DNA of 56,271 nt from an uncultured Sulfuritalea sp. (GTDB lineage: Bacteria; Pseudomonadota; Gammaproteobacteria; Burkholderiales; Rhodocyclaceae): NCBI GenBank assembly GCA_964650115.1, contig CAZYTN010000001.1, forward strand, positions 3,236-59,506, given 5' to 3'. Below the pieces are notes generated by a model. It was given only the letters and a program-made list of their open reading frames with translations. It ran no database searches and was not told the DNA's origin. The position numbers were made by a program, and so were the translations under genes. This document shows positions 55,618-56,271 of the stretch, one piece after another (the first letter of the stretch is position 1; each line of letters starts with the position of its first letter).

Positions 55618-56271
55618 CTAGAGGACAAGCCGTATCGGTTCCAGTGCCTCGCCCTGCGCCAGTATGCAGCCAATGCGCGCGGCGCGCGGGTAACCCGCCG
55701 CGCGCAAGGCGGCGAGGCAGGCATCGGCGCGAGCGGCCGGCACGCTGGCAAGTAGGCCGCCGGCGGTTTGCGGATCGAAGATCAGCGGGTAGTTCGAATG
55801 TGCGAGCGCCTCCTCCTGGTTGGCCAGCGCGCGGCGCAGACGCAGGTTGGCCGGCTGCAGCGAGCTGAGGACGCCGGCGGCGGCGCAGTCGACGGCGCCT
55901 TCCAGCAGCGGCAGGGCGTTCAGGTCAAGCTCGGCATCGACGCCCGAGGGCTTGGTCATCTCGACCAAGTGGCCGAGCAGGCCGAAGCCCGTCAGGTCGG
56001 TGCAGGCCGTCGCGCCGTGGGCCAGCAGCACCGGCATGGCGGCGCGGTTGGAGACCTGCATCGATTCCAGCGCGGCGTCGATCCACCTCCCGCGCGCCTT
56101 GAGCAGCTTGTGCGCGGCGAACAGGGTGCCGGTGCCGATCGGCTTGGTCAGGATCAGCGCGTCGCCGGGCTGCATGCCGCCCTTGGTCAGCACGCCGGCC
56201 AGGCGCTCGTCGATCAGGCCGTTGATGGCGAAACCCAGCGCCAGTTCGCTGCCCTCGCCGGTGTGGCCGCC
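55618..56271 (-). CDS. selD: Selenide, water dikinase (C-terminal part; 5'-truncated by the window edge)
   Basis: GGHT..LGFAING, LTKPIGTG, TDLTGFGLLGHL and DPQTAGGLL. Confidence 0.9.
   Translation of the reverse strand, partial: GGHTGEGSELALGFAINGLIDERLAGVLTKGGMQPGDALILTKPIGTGTLFAAHKLLKARGRWIDAALESMQVSNRAAMPVLLAHGATACTDLTGFGLLGHLVEMTKPSGVDAELDLNALPLLEGAVDCAAAGVLSSLQPANLRLRRALANQEEALAHSNYPLIFDPQTAGGLLASVPAARADACLAALRAAGYPRAARIGCILAQGEALEPIRLVL

Overview
High-GC betaproteobacterial (Rhodocyclales-like) chromosomal window. Left flank (1-8.7 kb): Cu-type P1B ATPase (5'-truncated), a small wHTH/Cys-rich pair, EF-G2, YbaN, a B12-binding radical SAM protein and a catalytically degenerate class 1 FBPase homologue. 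At 8818-8856 lies an isolated 39-bp copy of the glmS 3' end, a possible island attachment scar. From about 9 to 50 kb is an accessory, redox-stress-rich region built around an idrABP1P2-type dissimilatory iodate reductase operon (AioA-like Mo enzyme, Rieske subunit, two di-heme peroxidases). This operon is led by a fifth, cupredoxin-like gene and preceded by a sigma54-type promoter. The neighbouring operons include a VTT-fused flavin disulfide reductase/DUF547/DUF3047/TIGR04282/ECF-sigma/zf-HC2 operon, yeeE-gor-EAL, a MASE1-PAS kinase/FixJ pair, a bufferin (MNIO RiPP) cluster and an orphan lipoprotein. Most are preceded by one shared motif, TGTAAG-N16/17-CGAC(C/T)A (6 copies found by eye), which suggests an ECF regulon for reactive-halogen/oxidant defence. 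Also present: AraC/AhpD and LysR/AhpD modules, a merA-less MerR-thioredoxin-CcdA-merT-merP operon, a 59-bp mini-element that interrupts a small gene, and a ~420-bp promoter/signal-peptide duplication. Right flank: LapG-like peptidase, a PhnCDE-like (putative selenium oxyanion) ABC transporter and a 5'-truncated selD. No CRISPR array, rRNA, tRNA, integrase or transposase was recognised. All family calls come from motif recognition without database searches.
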